A DNA stretch of 64,000 bases, taken from the NCBI GenBank assembly GCA_964428315.1, contig CAYRXT010000002.1, forward strand, positions 6,859 through 70,858, written 5' to 3'. The position numbers were made by a program, and so were the translations under genes. Below the pieces are notes generated by a model. It had not been told where the DNA came from, searched no databases, and saw nothing but the letters and a program-made list of their open reading frames with translations. This document shows, piece by piece, positions 44,990-55,882 of the stretch (position 1 is its first letter; the number at the start of each line of letters is the position of its first letter). The DNA is from an uncultured Planctomycetales bacterium (GTDB taxonomy: Bacteria > Omnitrophota > Gorgyraeia > Zapsychrales > CAYRXT01).

Positions 44990-45661
44990 ATGCTAGAAGC
45001 GAGGAATGTCCACAAATCATATCTCCAGTCCGGCGGGGACCTGCATGTCCTTAAGGGGATCGACCTTACTGTTGAGGCGGGCGAGATCATGGTCATCGTC
45101 GGTCCTTCCGGGGCGGGGAAGTCGACGCTGTTGCATGTCTTAAGCGGCCTGGACAGGCCGGACCAAGGCACGGTCCGGCTGGAGAACGAGGAGATCTTTC
45201 TCCTGAAAGAGCCCCGGCTGGCCGGGATCCGCAATACCCGCATCGGATTTGTTTTTCAGTTTTATCATCTGTTGCCGGAATTCACGGCGTTAGAAAATGT
45301 GATGTTGCCTGGTATAATAAACAGAAAGAAATCGTCGCTGGATGATGTCAGGACGCAGGCCGCCGACCTGCTTGATAAGGTGGGCCTGGGAGACCGGGCC
45401 GGACACAGGCCCTTTCAGCTTTCCGGCGGAGAGCAACAACGCGTCGCCGTTGCCAGGGCCCTCGTTAACAGGCCCAAGATCGTCTTTTGCGATGAGCCTA
45501 CCGGCAATCTGGACTCCAAGAGCGGGGAGACCATTATCGCCCTGCTGAAAGGTCTGAACCGGGAAAACGGCCAAACTATGGTGATCGTCAGTCATGACGA
45601 ATCCCTTGCCCGGTCGGCCCATTCTATCAGGCATATCAAGGACGGAAAGATTATCCATTAA
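44990..45661 (+). CDS. lolD: Lipoprotein-releasing ABC transporter ATPase
   Basis: GPSGAGKSTLLH, GFVFQFYHLLPEFTALENV, LSGGEQQR, DEPTGNLD. Confidence 0.92.
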   Translation: MLEARNVHKSYLQSGGDLHVLKGIDLTVEAGEIMVIVGPSGAGKSTLLHVLSGLDRPDQGTVRLENEEIFLLKEPRLAGIRNTRIGFVFQFYHLLPEFTALENVMLPGIINRKKSSLDDVRTQAADLLDKVGLGDRAGHRPFQLSGGEQQRVAVARALVNRPKIVFCDEPTGNLDSKSGETIIALLKGLNRENGQTMVIVSHDESLARSAHSIRHIKDGKIIH

Positions 45662-45673
45662 AAGGGAGCTGCC

Positions 45674-46537
45674 ATGCTGGTTTATCTTAACGGAAAATTC
45701 GTGAAAAGAAAGGACGCAAAGATATCCGTGTTCGACCACGGACTCCTTTACGGAGACGGTGTGTTTGAGGGCATCCGCTCATACGACAGGCTCGTTTTCT
45801 GTTTAAAAGAACATGTTGACCGGCTCTACGAATCGGCCCATACCTTGATGCTGACGATACCGCTGACGAGACAGCAGATGATGCGGGCGATTACCGATAC
45901 GCTGAAGCAGAACAACCTCAAGGACGCCTATATCCGGGTGGTGGTAACCCGGGGGGAAGGGGATCTGGGTTTGGATCCCCGCAAGTGCATAGGCAATGCC
46001 AACGTGTTTATTATTGCCGACAAGATCACGCTGTATCCGAAAGAATTCTACAAGAACGGGCTTGAGATTATCACGGTGCCGACGGTGCGCAACCTTCCGG
46101 AAGCCGTGAACCCGAGGCTGAAGTCTCTCAATTACCTGAACAATATTCTGGCGAAGATCGAGGCGAATAACGCCGGGTACAACGAGGCGATCATGCTCGA
46201 CGCGCAGGGATTTGTGGCGGAATGCACCGGTGACAATATCTTTATCATCAAGGGTGAGAGGTTGTCTACGCCCTCGCAGGGGCGGCTGAAGGGGATCACC
46301 CTGGATGCCGTCCTCGCGCTGGCCGGCAAAGACAGGCTTTCCTGCCAGGAATGCTTCCTCACGCGCCACGACATCTATGTCGCCGATGAATGTTTCCTGA
46401 CGGGGACCGCCGCAGAGATCGTTCCGGTCGTGAAGGTCGACGGACGTCTTATCGGTTCGGGGAAGCCCGGCCCGCGGACCCTGAAGCTGATGAAGCAGTT
46501 CCGGCAGTTGACGAAAGAGAAGGGCTCGCGCTATTAA
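45674..46537 (+). CDS. ilvE: Branched-chain amino acid aminotransferase
   Basis: DHGLLYGDGVFEGIR, KSLNYLNN, ECTGDNIF, ADECFLTGTAAE. Confidence 0.93.
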   Translation: MLVYLNGKFVKRKDAKISVFDHGLLYGDGVFEGIRSYDRLVFCLKEHVDRLYESAHTLMLTIPLTRQQMMRAITDTLKQNNLKDAYIRVVVTRGEGDLGLDPRKCIGNANVFIIADKITLYPKEFYKNGLEIITVPTVRNLPEAVNPRLKSLNYLNNILAKIEANNAGYNEAIMLDAQGFVAECTGDNIFIIKGERLSTPSQGRLKGITLDAVLALAGKDRLSCQECFLTRHDIYVADECFLTGTAAEIVPVVKVDGRLIGSGKPGPRTLKLMKQFRQLTKEKGSRY

Positions 46538-46561
46538 CGTCTTAAGAAGGAACAAGGGTGA

Positions 46562-47098
46562 ATGATGCAGTGTGATATCTGCGGGAAGAAGAAAGCGACG
46601 GTACATCTGACGGAGATCATCGACGAGCAGATGACCGAGCTCCATTTATGCGAAGACTGCGCCAAGGAGAAAAGCGTGCAGATGGAACAGCAGTTCGGAT
46701 TGGCCGACCTTCTGGCCGGGCTGGCGGATTTCGGGAAACCCGCCAAGAACAGCGTCGAAAAGGTCAAGCTGGTCTGCAGCAATTGCGGACTGAGTTACGA
46801 CGAATTCCGCAAGCTCGGACGGCTGGGCTGCAGCCAGTGCTACAGCTCGTTCAAGGACAATTTGGCCGGACTGCTGAAACGCATCCACGGTGCGCCGCGT
46901 CATGTGGGCAAACGGCCTGTCCACATGCCGGCGGGTCCGCTCGTCACGGAAGAAAAAGAAACGGAAGATCTTGAGGAACTCAAGACCAGGCTGCACAAGG
47001 CCATCGAGATGGAACAGTTCGAGGAGGCCGCCAGGCTGCGGGACAAGATCCGGGGCCTGGAGCAGAGGGGGGACAGGCCAAACCATGAAAGTGAATGA
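46562..47098 (+). CDS. mcsA: Protein-arginine kinase activator McsA
   Basis: Four CxxC pairs, GRLGC..CY, IHG...HVGK.P, UVR motif EQFEEAARLRD. Confidence 0.95.
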   Translation: MMQCDICGKKKATVHLTEIIDEQMTELHLCEDCAKEKSVQMEQQFGLADLLAGLADFGKPAKNSVEKVKLVCSNCGLSYDEFRKLGRLGCSQCYSSFKDNLAGLLKRIHGAPRHVGKRPVHMPAGPLVTEEKETEDLEELKTRLHKAIEMEQFEEAARLRDKIRGLEQRGDRPNHESE

Positions 47099-48152
47099 TT
47101 TTATCAGCCAGCCCGGAGAATGGCTCCGCGGAACGGGGCCGAATTCCAACATCGTTATGTCTTCGCGCATCCGGCTGGCCCGGAACATCGATGCGGTCGC
47201 GTTTCCCAACAGGGCGACCAAAAAGACCTCGAATGAAATCTTGTCGACTGTGCGGGGGGCCATGGATCAGGTCGACTATTTCAAGAATTTTTCTTATTTC
47301 CGCATCAATGAGCTGGAAAACCTGGACAGGCAGTTTTTGATCGAAAGGCATCTGATGAGCCGCGAGCACGCCTCCCAGGGTGAGGGCAAGGCCCTGATTG
47401 TGTCCAAAGAGGAGATCCTTTCGGTGATGATCAATGAGGAGGATCATCTGCGCATCCAGGTCATGCAGTCAGGCCTGAATCTCTTCGAATGCTGGAACAT
47501 CATCAGCATGATCGACGACAAGCTTTCGACGAAATTGCATTTCGCTTTCCTGCCCGAATGGGGATACCTGACCTCCTGCCCGACGAACACGGGGACGGGA
47601 CTGCGCGGATCGGTTATGCTGCATCTGCCGGCTCTGGTGATGACCAAGCAGATCAACAAGGTCCTGGCGGCAGTCGCCAAACTGAGCTTTACCTCCCGGG
47701 GATTTTATGGTGAAGGCACCCAGGCGAGCGGCAATTTCTTCCAGATTTCCAACCAGATCTCGCTTGGCCACAGCGAGAGTGATATTATCCAGAACCTCAA
47801 CGGTTTGATCCGTCAGGTCATTGAACAGGAAGAACAGGCCCGCCAGGCGCTTTATATGCAGAACCGGCCCGTCCTGGAAGACAAGATATGCCGTTCATTC
47901 GGGATCCTGAGAAGCGCCCACATCATCTCCAGTCAGGAGACGGCGGAGCTGTTGTCCATGGTGCGTCTGGGGATCGACATGGGTATCCTTTCCGATCTCC
48001 AGAAAAAGAACATCAATGAACTTTTCATCATGATTCAGCCCGCCCATCTTCAAAAACTTGAGGGGAAAAAACTTTCCTCCCAGGAAAGGGACATCAAAAG
48101 GGCGAAACTGATCCGGGAGAGGCTGAAGGGGGGCGAAGAGAATAAAGGATGA
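47085..48152 (+). CDS. mcsB: Protein arginine kinase McsB
   Basis: SSRIRLARN, MINEEDHLRIQ, GYLTSCPTNTGTG, RGFYGEG, QISNQ; ATG 47085. Confidence 0.96.
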   Translation: MKVNDFISQPGEWLRGTGPNSNIVMSSRIRLARNIDAVAFPNRATKKTSNEILSTVRGAMDQVDYFKNFSYFRINELENLDRQFLIERHLMSREHASQGEGKALIVSKEEILSVMINEEDHLRIQVMQSGLNLFECWNIISMIDDKLSTKLHFAFLPEWGYLTSCPTNTGTGLRGSVMLHLPALVMTKQINKVLAAVAKLSFTSRGFYGEGTQASGNFFQISNQISLGHSESDIIQNLNGLIRQVIEQEEQARQALYMQNRPVLEDKICRSFGILRSAHIISSQETAELLSMVRLGIDMGILSDLQKKNINELFIMIQPAHLQKLEGKKLSSQERDIKRAKLIRERLKGGEENKG

Positions 48153-48219
48153 GCTCACGGCCGATGGAAAACCGGGCCGTTATGTAAAATAGATAAAAAC
48201 AAGAAGAGGAGTTGCCGTC

Positions 48220-50637
48220 ATGTTTAACCGGTTCACTGAACGCGCGCGAAAAGTTATCGTCCTGGCCAAAGAAGAGGCAAGACGGTTCAATCATGATTAT
48301 ATCGGAACGGAACATCTTTTGTTGGGCCTGATACGGGAAGGAGAGGGCGTCGCTGCAGCGGTTCTGCAAAAACTGGGACTCGACCTGGAGACGATCCGTA
48401 TTGAAGTCGAGAAACTCGTCCAGCCCGGACCGCAGACCCAGGTTTTGGGGGATATCCCGTTTACACCACGCTCGAAAAAGGCCCTCGAGCTTTCGGCTGA
48501 AGAGGCGCGGGCCCTGGGGCATAATTACATCGGGACCGAACATCTTCTTTTGGGATTGATCAAGGAGGGGGAGGGCATGGCCTACCGCGTCCTTCTCAAT
48601 CTGGGGCTTGACCTGAACAAGGTGCGCAGCGAGGTAATGGATCTCCTGGGTTCCGGGATCCCCGGATTCAATGCCCAGGAACAGACCAAAGGCGGAAAGA
48701 CGCCTGCGATCGACGCTTACGGCCGGAACCTTAACCGCCTGGCCAAAGAAGGTAAACTGGACCCCGTCATCGGGAGGCAGAACGAGATCGAACGGATTGT
48801 CCAGATCTTGAGCCGTAGGACCAAGAACAATCCCGTCTTGCTCGGCGAGGCCGGGGTCGGCAAGACCGCTATCGTCGAGGGTCTGGCCCAGCTGATCGTC
48901 CGCGGGGATGTCCCCGAGATCCTGCGGGACAAGAATATGGTGGTCTTGGACCTTGCCTTGATGATCGCCGGCACAAAGTACCGCGGGCAGTTCGAAGAAC
49001 GGATCAAGGCCATCATGGACGAGATCAAGCGTTCGGGCAGGATTATCCTTTTTATCGATGAACTGCACACGCTGGTTGGGGCAGGAGCGGCCGAGGGGGC
49101 CATAGACGCGGCGAATATCCTGAAACCGGCCCTGGCCCGGGGCGAGATCCAGTGCATCGGGGCAACTACCCTGGACGAATACCGCAAACACATCGAGAAA
49201 GATGCCGCGCTGGAAAGGCGTTTTCAGACCATCATGGTCGAGCCGCCGTCTATCGACGAGACGGTCCAGATCCTCAAGGGCCTGAGGGACAAGTACGAGG
49301 CCCATCACAGGGTGAAATTCTCCGATGCGGCCCTGGAGGCCGCCGCCAAGCTGTCCGACCGCTATATCTCCGGGCGCTTTTTGCCCGACAAGGCCGTTGA
49401 CATCCTTGACGAAGCAGGTTCGCGCGCCCGGTTGAGCACAATGGTGGTCCCCGACGAGATCAAACAACTGGAAGAACAGATCGAACAGCTGAAGCAGGAA
49501 AAGGAATCGCATATCAAAAGCCAGAACTTCGAGAAGGCGGCCAAGATGCGCGACCAGGAACGTGAGGCCCGCGAGAAATTGGAGAAAATGCGTTCTGACT
49601 GGGCCAAACAGAGAGATAACATCACGCCGACGTTGAGCGACGAAGAAATAGCCCGGGTCATCGCCCAATGGACCAAGATACCGCTAATCCGTCTGGAAGA
49701 AAAAGAGTCGGAGAAACTGCTGAAACTCGAAGAGAATATGCGCAAAGTAGTCATCGGACAGGACGAGGCTATCGGGGCAATCGCCAGGGCCGTGCGGCGT
49801 TCGCGCGCCCGGATCAAAGACCCCCGCCGGCCCATCGGTTCATTCATCTTTCTGGGGCCGACGGGTGTGGGTAAGACTCTGCTGGCCAGGGTGCTTTCCC
49901 AGTTCATGTTCGGAGACGAAAACGCGCTCATCCAGATCGACATGTCGGAATACATGGACAAGTTCAACGTCTCGCGTCTTATCGGCGCGCCCCCCGGTTA
50001 TGTGGGATACGAAGAAGGGGGACAGCTGACCGAGCGCGTCCGGCGTCGTCCCTACAGCGTTATCCTCCTGGACGAGATCGAAAAAGCGCATCCGGATGTC
50101 TTCAACATCCTCCTGCAGGTCATGGAAGACGGCCGCATGACCGACAGTATGGGACGAAAGATCGATTTCCGGAATTCCATTATTATCATGACGTCCAATG
50201 TCGGGGCCGAACTCCTTCGCAAGGGCGGTGCCCTGGGTTTTGTGGCCCAGAAAGAGGACATGGATTATCAACAGATGAAGGACCAGCTTTTGGAAGAGGT
50301 CAAAAAGCGTTTCAAACCCGAATTCCTCAACAGGATCGACGATATTATTGTTTTCAAATCGCTGTCCCGGCAAAATCTGGATGATATTGTCCACCTTGAG
50401 GTCAATGAGGTGGCCGAACGCCTTAAAGAACAGCAGATCGATATCGTGCTGACGCCTGAGGCGACAAACCTCTTGATTGAGAAGGGCTTTGATCCGGTTT
50501 TCGGCGCGAGGCCGCTGAAAAGGACGATCCAGCGTCTGCTTGAAGACCCCCTGGCGGAAGAAATTATATCGGGAAGATTCAAAGAAGGCAGCAAAGTCAA
50601 GGTGAGCCGAAAACAGGACACCTTGGTCTTTGAATAG
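48220..50637 (+). CDS. clpC: ATP-dependent Clp protease ATPase subunit ClpC
   Basis: Duplicated N domain ([11 protein letters not shown]), [11 protein letters not shown] middle domain, [14 protein letters not shown]. Confidence 0.96.
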   Translation: MFNRFTERARKVIVLAKEEARRFNHDYIGTEHLLLGLIREGEGVAAAVLQKLGLDLETIRIEVEKLVQPGPQTQVLGDIPFTPRSKKALELSAEEARALGHNYIGTEHLLLGLIKEGEGMAYRVLLNLGLDLNKVRSEVMDLLGSGIPGFNAQEQTKGGKTPAIDAYGRNLNRLAKEGKLDPVIGRQNEIERIVQILSRRTKNNPVLLGEAGVGKTAIVEGLAQLIVRGDVPEILRDKNMVVLDLALMIAGTKYRGQFEERIKAIMDEIKRSGRIILFIDELHTLVGAGAAEGAIDAANILKPALARGEIQCIGATTLDEYRKHIEKDAALERRFQTIMVEPPSIDETVQILKGLRDKYEAHHRVKFSDAALEAAAKLSDRYISGRFLPDKAVDILDEAGSRARLSTMVVPDEIKQLEEQIEQLKQEKESHIKSQNFEKAAKMRDQEREAREKLEKMRSDWAKQRDNITPTLSDEEIARVIAQWTKIPLIRLEEKESEKLLKLEENMRKVVIGQDEAIGAIARAVRRSRARIKDPRRPIGSFIFLGPTGVGKTLLARVLSQFMFGDENALIQIDMSEYMDKFNVSRLIGAPPGYVGYEEGGQLTERVRRRPYSVILLDEIEKAHPDVFNILLQVMEDGRMTDSMGRKIDFRNSIIIMTSNVGAELLRKGGALGFVAQKEDMDYQQMKDQLLEEVKKRFKPEFLNRIDDIIVFKSLSRQNLDDIVHLEVNEVAERLKEQQIDIVLTPEATNLLIEKGFDPVFGARPLKRTIQRLLEDPLAEEIISGRFKEGSKVKVSRKQDTLVFE

Positions 50638-51627
50638 ATGACTATTCGATGTTTCCTTGCCCTTGTTTTCCTGCTTTTGTCTTGGCCTGCCGAAATGACA
50701 GCCGAAGAGGTCTGTTCTTTTCGAGGTGAGATCGATTTCGCGCGCCATCGAGCCACGGTGCAGTTGCATCCGGAAGAAGGGCGTTCCCTTTCGCTCACGT
50801 TTGTCGCCCAGGCTGAAGGACAGTTTTCATTGGTAACGAAACTGGACCATATCCTCACGCCCTGGTTTGAATTGTCTACGGTCCTGGAAAGCCGTGTTTC
50901 GCGCCGTCAGGGAAAGAATGAAGGCCAAAGACCGTTGCTCCAAGGCACTCTTTGGAGCAAGTATTCACTCATTGATTATAAACCTATTGACGAAATCAGC
51001 GGGCAGTTCGAAGTGCGGGACGGGCGCCTTCATCTGCAGGCCCTGCGATGGGGGGAGAACATAGTCAAGGGGTATATCGGTTTAAGCGCCCCGTACGAAT
51101 GCCAGCTGGTTATCGTGTTCTCGGAGGTCCCCGCCGCGGAATTGGCGGAACTCCTGGGCCTGGATGTCAGGGATATAAAGATAACGGGTTTTTTTGACGG
51201 CGTCATTAACCTTTCCGGTTTTCTCGACCAGCCACTCATCCAGGGGCGGGTGGAGAGCGTCGAAGGCGTCATGGATGAGCTGGAATACGACAGCATGGTC
51301 CTGAATTTTGAAGGCCTTTTCCCTTATATTACGTTTAAGGATGCCGTGATATCCCAGACCAACGGGCTGGTTTTTGATCTGAAGGGGCAATTCGACTTGA
51401 CGAAAGCGGGGCCGGAGACGATTGAACAGGAGATAGCCAAGCTGGAATTTTCCCCTCTTGTGGCCGAAAGCATGGAGCATCGGGAATGGACTATCAAGCG
51501 AAACAAAGAAGAGGGGACATCTTCCTTGACCGAGTTTAAGTACCGTCTTAAGAAAAAGACGGAGAGCAACGCCCCTTATGAGAGCGACGCGGACATGCTG
51601 GGCGTTGAACGAAGCATTAAATTCTGA
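50638..51627 (+). CDS. Exported hypothetical protein, AsmA/TamB-like beta-rich
   Basis: Signal peptide; alternating beta pattern ITGFFDGVINLSGFLDQPLIQGRV; ends LGVERSIKF. Confidence 0.6.
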   Translation: MTIRCFLALVFLLLSWPAEMTAEEVCSFRGEIDFARHRATVQLHPEEGRSLSLTFVAQAEGQFSLVTKLDHILTPWFELSTVLESRVSRRQGKNEGQRPLLQGTLWSKYSLIDYKPIDEISGQFEVRDGRLHLQALRWGENIVKGYIGLSAPYECQLVIVFSEVPAAELAELLGLDVRDIKITGFFDGVINLSGFLDQPLIQGRVESVEGVMDELEYDSMVLNFEGLFPYITFKDAVISQTNGLVFDLKGQFDLTKAGPETIEQEIAKLEFSPLVAESMEHREWTIKRNKEEGTSSLTEFKYRLKKKTESNAPYESDADMLGVERSIKF

Positions 51628-51629
51628 TT

Positions 51630-53003
51630 ATGAAGACAAAAACCGTATTTGTCTGCCAGAATTGCGGGGCGCAGTCACCGCGCTGGGCGGGGAAGTGCGT
51701 CAACTGCGACAGCTGGAACTCTCTCATCGAGGAGAGGATAGGCCAGGAATCCTTCGACAACCGCCTGCAGGTTTCTTCCAAAGGCAAGCCCGTTCTTTTG
51801 CGGGATATCTCCGCTGAAAAGGAAGAACGATTTATCACGGGTATCGGTGAATTTGACAGGGTGATGGGCGGAGGCATCGTCCCCGGTTCGGTCACATTGA
51901 TCGGCGGCGATCCCGGCATAGGCAAGTCAACGATTTCGATGCAGTTCGGATGTCTGTTGAGCGAAAGAGGCAAAAAGGTCCTGTATGTCAGTGCGGAGGA
52001 ATCCGTTAAGCAGGCCAAGATGCGCGCCGACCGTCTGACCTCGGCCCAAAACAATTCGCTCTATATCGTCAGTCAGATCGATCTGAACACCGTCATCGAA
52101 TATATCGAAAAGATGGCCCCCGACGCGGTCGTCATTGATTCGATCCAGGTCGTCTACCAGCCCGAGATCTCGTCCAGTCCGGGGAGCGTGAGCCAGGTCA
52201 GGGAATGCGCCGGCATTTTGACGCAGATGGCCAAGGCCAGGGGCATGGCGCTGTTTTTAATCGGCCATGTCACCAAAGAAGGGATGCTGGCCGGCCCGCG
52301 CGTCCTGGAACACATGGTGGATACGGTGCTTTATTTTGAGGGTGAGCGCTATTCCTCCTATCGTATTCTTCGGGCGAACAAGAACCGGTTCGGCTCGACC
52401 AACGAAATCGGTGTTTTCGAGATGTCCTCCGCCGGGCTCATCGAGGTCGCAAATCCGTCGGAGATTTTCCTCCAGGAACGGCCGAAGGATTCCTCGGGGT
52501 CGGTCGTCGTTCCCATCCTGGAAGGCACCCGGCCTTTTCTGGTGGAAGTGCAGGGCCTGGTCTCCCGGGCGGGTTACGGGATGGTGCGTCAGAAGGCCCA
52601 GGGTTTTGACGCCAACCGACTCGCGCTCCTGGCGGCGGTGCTGGAAAAGAAACTTGGCCTGAATCTCCAGGACAAGGACATATTTTTGAACGTGGTCGGC
52701 GGCGTAAAGGTCATGGACCCGGCGGCGGACCTCGGTGTCTGTCTGGCCATCGCGTCGGCCTTGTTTGACCGCGCGGTCGCTTCGGACTGCCTGGTTCTCG
52801 GCGAGGTTGGACTATCGGCGGAGGTGCGCAGCGTCAGCCATCTGGTGCCGAGGCTCAGCGAGGCTCAAAAGCTGGGATTCAGGACGTGTCTGTTGCCGAA
52901 GAACAATTGTAAGTCGCGCTTCAAACCGGGAGACTTCCGGCTCGAGATTGTCGCCGTAGAGACGCTGAGAGAGGCCTGGAATATTATCCAATCGCATTCC
53001 TAA
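51630..53003 (+). CDS. radA: DNA repair protein RadA/Sms
   Basis: CQNCG...W.GKCVNC, GGDPGIGKST, DSIQ, KNRFG, PAADL. Confidence 0.97.
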   Translation: MKTKTVFVCQNCGAQSPRWAGKCVNCDSWNSLIEERIGQESFDNRLQVSSKGKPVLLRDISAEKEERFITGIGEFDRVMGGGIVPGSVTLIGGDPGIGKSTISMQFGCLLSERGKKVLYVSAEESVKQAKMRADRLTSAQNNSLYIVSQIDLNTVIEYIEKMAPDAVVIDSIQVVYQPEISSSPGSVSQVRECAGILTQMAKARGMALFLIGHVTKEGMLAGPRVLEHMVDTVLYFEGERYSSYRILRANKNRFGSTNEIGVFEMSSAGLIEVANPSEIFLQERPKDSSGSVVVPILEGTRPFLVEVQGLVSRAGYGMVRQKAQGFDANRLALLAAVLEKKLGLNLQDKDIFLNVVGGVKVMDPAADLGVCLAIASALFDRAVASDCLVLGEVGLSAEVRSVSHLVPRLSEAQKLGFRTCLLPKNNCKSRFKPGDFRLEIVAVETLREAWNIIQSHS

Positions 53004-53024
53004 CTTTGAGCAAAGGAGCAATCC

Positions 53025-54002
53025 ATGACCCTTGTCTTTATCCGTATTTTCTTTGTCATTATTAGTGCGGTAGTCGGCTATCAGGTGGGGGCGATCTATC
53101 AGGTGGAGTTTTGGGGGATCGTTTTGGGTTTCCTGAGCGGGGTGATCCTTATTGCCATGGAGGCCGGTTTGCGGCGTGTTTCGGTGCGGGGGCTCTCCAG
53201 CATGGTTTTCGGTCTTGTCCTGGGTATCATTATGGCCAAGCTTTTGACGGATATCCTTTCGCTCTTGCCCTGGTCCGAAGGCGTACATGAGATTATTAGG
53301 GTGGTCTTGACTATTGTCTTTGCTTACCTGGGTGCCGTCATGGCCCTGCGGGGAAAAGACGACTTCAACATCATTATTCCTTATGTCCGGCTGCGCAGGC
53401 AAGATACGCGGGCTGATATGGCCCTCCTGGACACCAGTGCCATTATCGACGGACGCATAGCCGACATTTCGAAGACAAATTTTTTTGAGGCGCGCATGGT
53501 GGTTCCGCGCTTCGTCCTTCAGGAGTTGCAGCGCATCGCCGATTCGGAGGATTCCCTCAAACGCCAGCGCGGCCGCCGGGGCATGGAGCTTCTGCGCACG
53601 ATGCAGAAGGATCCCACCGTGGATGTGCGCATCCATGAAGACGAATTGCCCGGCAATGTCGACGTGGATACACGGCTGATACAGCTGGCGAAGATCATCG
53701 ATGCCAAGATATGCACGACCGACTTCAATCTTAACCGGGTGGCGTCTATTCAAGGGGTCAGGGTCCTGAACGTCAACGAACTGGCCAATGCGGTAAAGTC
53801 CGTCATCTATCCGGGCGAGTCGATGGAAGTGAAACTCCTCAAAGAAGGGAAGGAGCCGAATCAGGCCATAGCCTACATGGATGACGGCACAATGATCGTA
53901 GTAACCGATGCCAAAAAACTCATAGGTCAGAACGTGAAAGTCGAGGTGACCTCGGTGTTGCAGACGCAGGCCGGGAGGATGATTTTCGCGAAACTCGTAT
54001 GA
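53025..54002 (+). CDS. Membrane PIN/TRAM-domain protein (YacL-like)
   Basis: Four TMs; LLDTSAIIDGRI, KRQRGRRG, TTDFNLN, DDGTMIVV, QTQAGRMIFA. Confidence 0.93.
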   Translation: MTLVFIRIFFVIISAVVGYQVGAIYQVEFWGIVLGFLSGVILIAMEAGLRRVSVRGLSSMVFGLVLGIIMAKLLTDILSLLPWSEGVHEIIRVVLTIVFAYLGAVMALRGKDDFNIIIPYVRLRRQDTRADMALLDTSAIIDGRIADISKTNFFEARMVVPRFVLQELQRIADSEDSLKRQRGRRGMELLRTMQKDPTVDVRIHEDELPGNVDVDTRLIQLAKIIDAKICTTDFNLNRVASIQGVRVLNVNELANAVKSVIYPGESMEVKLLKEGKEPNQAIAYMDDGTMIVVTDAKKLIGQNVKVEVTSVLQTQAGRMIFAKLV

Positions 54003-54715
54003 AAACAGAAGCGATCGTCTTGGCGGCCGGAGAGGGCCGCCGGCTAAACACACGGCTCCCCAAGGCCTTGGTCGAGTTGGCCGGCAAACCCATCGTGGCC
54101 CATAGCCTTGAGGCGTTGGCCGCCTTGTCTTGCGTCGACAGTCTGGTCCTGGTCGGGCATCCCGGTTATTTGGCAGATTTTGAGGCGCTTGGCAAAACGG
54201 TGGCGCCGTCGAAAAGCATCAAGGTTATAGCCGGGGGGCAGCAGCGGGCCGACTCTGTTCGCCTGGCGCTGGCGGTTCTTGAAAAGGACACGGAAGCCGT
54301 TGTCATCCATGACGGGGCGCGGCCTTTCCTCGACGGAGACAGGCTGGGGGAGGCCGTTGAACTGATCGGACGGGAGCCTGCCGTGATTTTTGCCGTTCCC
54401 GTCAAGCCCACGATAAAGAAGGTCGACCGCCAGACTCTCCAGGTTATCGAGACCATCGACAGGACGAGGCTCTGGGAGGTCCAGACGCCGCAGATATTCC
54501 GCAGGGACGTCATCTGTGAGGCCCATGCGCGGTTTGCCGGCCAGTTCCCGACGGACGACAGCACGCTTGTTGAAAAACTGGGACGGAAAGTCAGAGTTGT
54601 GGAAGGGGAGTATGCGAACATTAAGATCACCACGCCGGAGGATTTACGGCTGGCCGGTTTGATCTATGCCGGTAGGAAGGGGGATGTCGGGGATGCGCGT
54701 CGGGATCGGTTATGA
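53999..54715 (+). CDS. ispD: 2-C-methyl-D-erythritol 4-phosphate cytidylyltransferase
   Basis: LAAGEGRR, R.DSV, IHDGARP, QTPQ.F, TDD, NIKITTPEDL. Confidence 0.96.
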   Translation: MKTEAIVLAAGEGRRLNTRLPKALVELAGKPIVAHSLEALAALSCVDSLVLVGHPGYLADFEALGKTVAPSKSIKVIAGGQQRADSVRLALAVLEKDTEAVVIHDGARPFLDGDRLGEAVELIGREPAVIFAVPVKPTIKKVDRQTLQVIETIDRTRLWEVQTPQIFRRDVICEAHARFAGQFPTDDSTLVEKLGRKVRVVEGEYANIKITTPEDLRLAGLIYAGRKGDVGDARRDRL

Positions 54716-55175
54716 TCTTCACCGTCTCGTTGAGGGGCGGCGGCTCGTCCTGGGGGGCGTGGACATCCCTTATTCCAAGGGTTTGGAAGGGCATTCGGAC
54801 GCGGACGTCCTCGTGCACGCTGTCGCCGATGCCCTGCTCGGCGCGGCAGGCTTGGGGGACATCGGAGAGCACTTTCCCGACACGGACGAGAGATACAGAA
54901 ATATAGCGAGCGTGCTGCTGTTGGAGGAGGTCAAGAAAAGCCTGTTGAACAAAGGGTATCGGATCTACAACGTTGACGCGGTCGTTGTTGCCGATAAGCC
55001 CTCGTTGATGGATTATAAGCTGAAAATGCGGGAGAAGATCGCTTCCGTTCTCGAACTCGGCTCCGATCAGGTGAATGTCAAGGCCACCACGCGCGAGGGC
55101 CTTGGCTTCGGGTCGGGTATCCAGGAGGCCGTGGCGGCGTATGCCGTGGCCGTGTTAAAGGAGGAAGGCAGATGA
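54684..55175 (+). CDS. ispF: 2-C-methyl-D-erythritol 2,4-cyclodiphosphate synthase
   Basis: [36 protein letters not shown]; start 54684 or 54693. Confidence 0.96.
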   Translation: MSGMRVGIGYDLHRLVEGRRLVLGGVDIPYSKGLEGHSDADVLVHAVADALLGAAGLGDIGEHFPDTDERYRNIASVLLLEEVKKSLLNKGYRIYNVDAVVVADKPSLMDYKLKMREKIASVLELGSDQVNVKATTREGLGFGSGIQEAVAAYAVAVLKEEGR

Positions 55176-55882
55176 ATCCGGTGCTGACTGTCATAGTGTT
55201 CATCCTGGCCGTCCACGTCATTTGGGTTTTGACGGCCCTGATATTTTTCTCGGGAGAGGTGAAGGCCGCCCAGGAGCGCGATCCGGCGGCCCGAAACCGT
55301 TTGGAAGTGACCTTGCTTTATCCCGGTCTTCATGCCATCATGGCTTATCGGATAAACCATACCTTATGGAATGGCAGGATCCCGTTTTTCCCGAGGGCCT
55401 TTTCGCAGTTAACACGCTTTCTGACCGGTGTGGAAATCCATCCCGGCGCCCGGATTGGTCACAATTTTTTCATCGACCACGGGCACGGCGTCGTGATAGG
55501 CGAGACGTCGGTCATAGGAAACAATGTGACGATTTTCCAGGGGGTGACCCTTGGCGGGACGGGAAAGGAGCAGGGTAAACGGCATCCGACCATCGGGGAC
55601 AATGTGGTCATCGGTGCCGGGGCGAAGATCCTGGGAGATATCACGGTCGGGAGCAATTCCTATATCGGCGCCAATGCGGTTATTATCCGGAATGTCCCCC
55701 TTAATTCCACGGTTGTCGGAGTCCCGGGCCGGATAACCCGCCAGGACGGCAAAAAGATCGACATCCTCATGGACCATATCCATGTCCTTGACCCTATGGT
55801 CCAGGCTATGGAGGATCTGAACCGCAAGATCAAGCATCTGGATAAGAAGATCAACGAACGACAGTCACGGGAGACGACATGA
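55172..55882 (+). CDS. cysE: Serine O-acetyltransferase with hydrophobic N-terminal extension
   Basis: [40 protein letters not shown]...KRHPT. Confidence 0.95.
   Translation: MNPVLTVIVFILAVHVIWVLTALIFFSGEVKAAQERDPAARNRLEVTLLYPGLHAIMAYRINHTLWNGRIPFFPRAFSQLTRFLTGVEIHPGARIGHNFFIDHGHGVVIGETSVIGNNVTIFQGVTLGGTGKEQGKRHPTIGDNVVIGAGAKILGDITVGSNSYIGANAVIIRNVPLNSTVVGVPGRITRQDGKKIDILMDHIHVLDPMVQAMEDLNRKIKHLDKKINERQSRETT

Noticed and set aside
53025-54002. PIN domain as a toxin-antitoxin or defence gene
   Set aside because: It is the conserved YacL-type PIN/TRAM gene in its usual radA-ispD context
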